In this document: in pieces, positions 60,754 to 64,000 of the stretch
Layout of the letters: each line of letters begins with the position of its first letter
Position numbering within the stretch: position 1 is the first letter of the stretch
Assembly: GCA_963782525.1 (NCBI GenBank)
Contig: CAWAKC010000003.1
Span: forward strand, 96,001-160,000
From: Candidatus Bathyarchaeota archaeon
GTDB lineage: Archaea; Thermoproteota; Bathyarchaeia; Bathyarchaeales; Bathycorpusculaceae
Direction: 5' to 3'
Length of the DNA stretch: 64,000 nt
The notes under the pieces: model-generated
Databases searched by the model: none
Told to the model about the DNA's origin: nothing
The model's input: the letters and a program-made list of their open reading frames with translations, nothing else
Position numbers and translations under genes: made by a program

Positions 60754-61030
60754 CCAGCCAAAGATTGACCTAAGAAACTGGCGATGAGAAAGACACATCA
60801 GTAGGGTATATATCCCTAAAGGGTACCTCCTCGCAAACAGGGACTCTGTCTTTCAATAAGCAGATATTTAAGATAAAATTTGTTATCAGGCATAAAATGG
60901 TTATGGCTTGAAAATTACTAGAAGTGATAGCTTGGTCGATTCGGGAGACATAAGTTAAGACTCGAGCTAAAGAGAATTATTGGTGCTTCTGAAAAAGATG
61001 TTCAGGGCAAATATTTGTCCCTAGAAGTAA

Positions 61031-61459
61031 TTATGAAAGATTGAAATCAGAGCGACCAAGAGCTGCAAGTACTTGTTCAGTTACAGTTTTTTTTCCGAGA
61101 TGTCGAACAATATCGGCGCCGACAATTATTCCAGTTATTTTATTCTGCTCCAAAACGGGCAGTCGTCTAACCTTATTACTTGCCATCAAGGAAGCTGCCT
61201 CTTTAATTAAAGCATCAGAATTGACGGTAATAACAGGGTTAGACATTACTTCTGAGACTTTAGTGTCCAAGGGTAGTTTTTCCGCAACAACCCTTCTGAC
61301 GAAATCTCTTTCTGTAACTATTCCAGCAAGCTTTTCGCCTTCAATAACTACCACGCAACCTATATGATGGGAAGTCATAAGCTGTGCTGCTTCAAAAATG
61401 CTATGATCTACACTGATGGAAACGACGTGCCATGTCATAATATCTTTTACCGTTGACAT
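61031..61459 (-). CDS. CBS-pair protein
   Basis: VKDIMT...GIVTERDF...VSEVMS...RRLPV. Confidence 0.9.
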   Translation of the reverse strand: MSTVKDIMTWHVVSISVDHSIFEAAQLMTSHHIGCVVVIEGEKLAGIVTERDFVRRVVAEKLPLDTKVSEVMSNPVITVNSDALIKEAASLMASNKVRRLPVLEQNKITGIIVGADIVRHLGKKTVTEQVLAALGRSDFNLS

Positions 61460-61889
61460 AATATTATTTTGGTAAAGTGACTTAAATAAGTTTTCAAAAT
61501 TAAATTTTATGTCATCATTTAAATAAATTTCATTATGTCATTAAATAATTAACGAAATAAATTTGGAAACTGGAATAACAAACAGAATGAAGATTATGAC
61601 TATCCGAGTCTGTGTATCTGTTTCTTGTAAAAGTTATTCGCCTAAAAGCTTATAACTAGAAAGCAACTATGAGAAAGCAGGGATCAAAATGAGTGAGGAT
61701 AGTGAAAAATTACTAAGTCCAAAGGCGAGTTATTCCATACTCCTCAGCCTAATATTAAACAGTGAGAAACAATGCAAATTGTCGGATAATGGATTGAAAT
61801 AAAAAAAGTTTTTTGCATTTTCGATGTTTTAGCTTCATAGTATTTCCTTAATAAGAAGTTTCTTTTTGACTTATTTTGATGCATTGAAA

Positions 61890-62474
61890 TTAGAAATTTC
61901 TCATTGTGCAAATTGGGATATTGCCATATTCTCTCGGTTTTCGTGTAACCTTAAAATGCTTTTCCTGAAATTTCTTAATCAAAACTTCGCCATGTACTTC
62001 AAGCGCAATAGGTTTGTAGATTTCTTCTTCAAGCAGTATGGACTCGCCTCCTTCACAATCGCACTTGATAAAGTCAAATTTCTGGTCAAGATGGTTCTTA
62101 CGGAAGATGTCATTGAAAATTTTGACGTTAAGGGAATTTTTTTCAGCATTTTTTCGGAGCAAATCTGCGCATTGAGGATTTGGTTCAACAGCGATAAAGT
62201 CTTTCCATCCCTTCAATGCGAAAAAGAAGATCGATTCTCCACAACCTGAACCAACATCAAGTATAATCTTTTCTTTTAAAGAAGAAGGAAATTTGTAATC
62301 CTTATGCCATTCAACAAATTCATAAAACATAAATGGCATGTACTCTTTGAGTAATACAAATTCAAGTCCTTTCTTTCTTATTGAAAAATGGTCTTCATCT
62401 ATTTTTTTGAAGGTTAATCCATGATATTTAAAAAAACATCTATCTATAGGGAGGGTAGTTCGAGTGATTTGCAA
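61890..62474 (-). CDS. SAM-dependent methyltransferase (FkbM-like), 5' end possibly frameshifted
   Basis: ILDVGSGCGE, AVEPN, IKCDCEGGE, LEVH. Confidence 0.75.
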   Translation of the reverse strand: MQITRTTLPIDRCFFKYHGLTFKKIDEDHFSIRKKGLEFVLLKEYMPFMFYEFVEWHKDYKFPSSLKEKIILDVGSGCGESIFFFALKGWKDFIAVEPNPQCADLLRKNAEKNSLNVKIFNDIFRKNHLDQKFDFIKCDCEGGESILLEEEIYKPIALEVHGEVLIKKFQEKHFKVTRKPREYGNIPICTMRNF

Positions 62475-62923
62475 CCCATATAACTGGTAGATGTTTTTTA
62501 CGACTTAGCCCAAATTTTACCGGTATCTTGGTTCTTTTCTTTTCGGACATAGATATTTCTATCATCGCTAACTCTTTTGGTTCCTTTTTAAGTTTTATGC
62601 ATTATTTCTTTTATTCTAACTAATCGTAAAGATTGTTGTCGTTAAGCTTCTATTCTAAAATAACCTTGGTTGTTGCTAATGTCATAAGAAACATTGGGAC
62701 ATTACAGCGATACCTTTTTGGGCTTCGCGCAAGTTGTTTATTATAAGGTTTAACTCCCGTAAACCCTCCTGACGTTTTCCAGTTTTAAAGAAAAACTTGG
62801 CTAATCTAGCAACAACCATTTACTACCCCAAATTAAAGTTATTTATTTTTAATTTAACCTTTTGTAAATCTTTATTGTAAGAGGGGGCTGCGAAAAACAT
62901 GGCTGAGGATTATTTATTATATT

Positions 62924-63946
62924 TAGACGTGTGCGCAATTCATTTTTTATAGTTCCGATAGGTAAGTTATCTTTGAGCAAGTCTGGGATCGTACCCGTAA
63001 ATACCATTGATTTGGTGTCTTTGAGGGCTCCATGATCATTTGTTGTTGGGTCAAGCCCAGTACTTGCTTACCGTTTTTAGACTTTGCTCGCCAACAATAA
63101 GCGATCGTATTGCTTCAGCATCATAACTAATCAAGCCAGCCATCACCATAGCCGCCTTCTTCACCAAACCCTTAGGCCTCACCCAGCAATTCCTCAAAAC
63201 GTTAGCTTTAAGATGCCCATTAAACTGCTCAACCACATAACGCTTAGTCTCCAAGAGTCTAGCATGTTTGATTCTTTTGCGTTTTCCCCTTCTAGGATTA
63301 GGAGCAATAACAGGCTCAGCTTCAATGCCCTTGGCTGCTCTTTTGTTTGTTTTCGAGTCATAACCCGCATCGGCCAAAACGTATTCTGCTTCCAAATCCT
63401 CAATGAGACCGGGAAGAAAAGGCGAGTCATAACGATTACCAGGCGTAACAACTGCTCTCAACGGCAACCCCAGCTGATTTACCGCTGCATGAAGCTTGAA
63501 ACCTCTGAATTTTCCACGGCTCGTGTGACCCCAGCCCGCTTCCATATCGTAGAGATCCACTAACGGCGTTGAGTCAACAATTAGAATAGTGGTCGGTGTC
63601 ACTAGTTGAAGCATAGCCGATATCTTCTTAAAAGTTTCTTCAAGAACGTCAAGATAGCGTCTCCACCATCTTCCAACAGTGGTTCTATTGGGTACTTTGA
63701 ATAAACCAAGTGTTCTAGCAACGTCCGTATGCTTCTTTAGATGTTCAATTACACGTGTGTCGTTCTCTAATCCTTTCAGTCTGGCATAAACGAGAACTCT
63801 TAGTGCTCTTAGGCGTCCGTAGCCTGGATTTCCGCGTCTTTTGGGTTCTACAGAAACGATTGCTTTGTTGACGAAAAGCCTGACAACTTCACAGGCTTCC
63901 ATACTAGAACATAATTGGGAAGCAGCTTAAATTCTGCACACCCCTA
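62924..63946 (-). mobile_element. Insertion sequence (DDE_Tnp_1, IS5/IS982-like), about 1.02 kb
   Basis: Imperfect TIRs TAGACGTGTGCGCAATT / TAGGGGTGTGCAGAATT; flanking TTATATT duplication (62917-62923, 63947-63953). Confidence 0.85.
63051..63902 (-). CDS. DDE transposase
   Basis: IVDST, GFKLH, ADAGYDS, RYVVEQFNGHLK. Confidence 0.92.
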   Translation of the reverse strand: MEACEVVRLFVNKAIVSVEPKRRGNPGYGRLRALRVLVYARLKGLENDTRVIEHLKKHTDVARTLGLFKVPNRTTVGRWWRRYLDVLEETFKKISAMLQLVTPTTILIVDSTPLVDLYDMEAGWGHTSRGKFRGFKLHAAVNQLGLPLRAVVTPGNRYDSPFLPGLIEDLEAEYVLADAGYDSKTNKRAAKGIEAEPVIAPNPRRGKRKRIKHARLLETKRYVVEQFNGHLKANVLRNCWVRPKGLVKKAAMVMAGLISYDAEAIRSLIVGEQSLKTVSKYWA

Positions 63947-63956
63947 TTATATTGTT

Positions 63957-64000
63957 TAGACGTGTGCGCAATTCATTTTTTATAGTTCCGATAGGTAAGT
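63957..64000. mobile_element. End of a second copy of the same IS (cut by the window edge)
   Basis: 63955-64000 is identical to 62922-62967. Confidence 0.7.

Larger units (their letters stand above)
59178..61750. mobile_element. Island B, older decayed element at the same rnpB-derived site (2.5 kb)
   Basis: Integrase remnant just after the att copy; right end repeats the island A end plus a degenerate rnpB fragment (61722-61750). Confidence 0.6.

Noticed and set aside
62922-64000. 46-bp direct repeat as a long target duplication or CRISPR repeat
   Set aside because: It contains the IS terminal inverted repeat, and a separate 7-bp duplication exists; only two copies, 1 kb apart

Overview
Archaeal genome segment, most consistent with Bathyarchaeia (TBP, pelota, NcsA/TtuA, expanded PQQ-like beta-propeller surface proteins with a TrmB regulator, complex-I-like group 4 [NiFe] hydrogenase). 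The intact housekeeping backbone comprises two ABC transporters, a 10-gene Nuo-like hydrogenase operon, proBA, hppA, pelota, tbp, AK6 and the RNase P RNA gene. It is interrupted by several mobile regions whose ends can be read from the sequence. (1) An 8.3-kb integrase element (18145-26453) sits inside the first codons of proB. The native ATG-MPSRLIVVK stub is stranded 8.3 kb away, and excision at a 14-bp repeat would rebuild the gene in frame. (2) An ~11.2-kb putative spindle-shaped provirus (about 39869-51105) carries a capsid-like two-helix protein, a membrane adhesin-like protein, a primase-helicase with an embedded inverted-iteron origin and two atypical tyrosine recombinases. (3) Two tandem decayed islands lie at the 3' end of rnpB (26-bp duplication at 52458/59178, degenerate third copy near 61722). 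(4) A DDE insertion sequence with a 7-bp target duplication is followed directly by the start of a second copy. All family assignments come from motif recognition by eye; no database searches were run.
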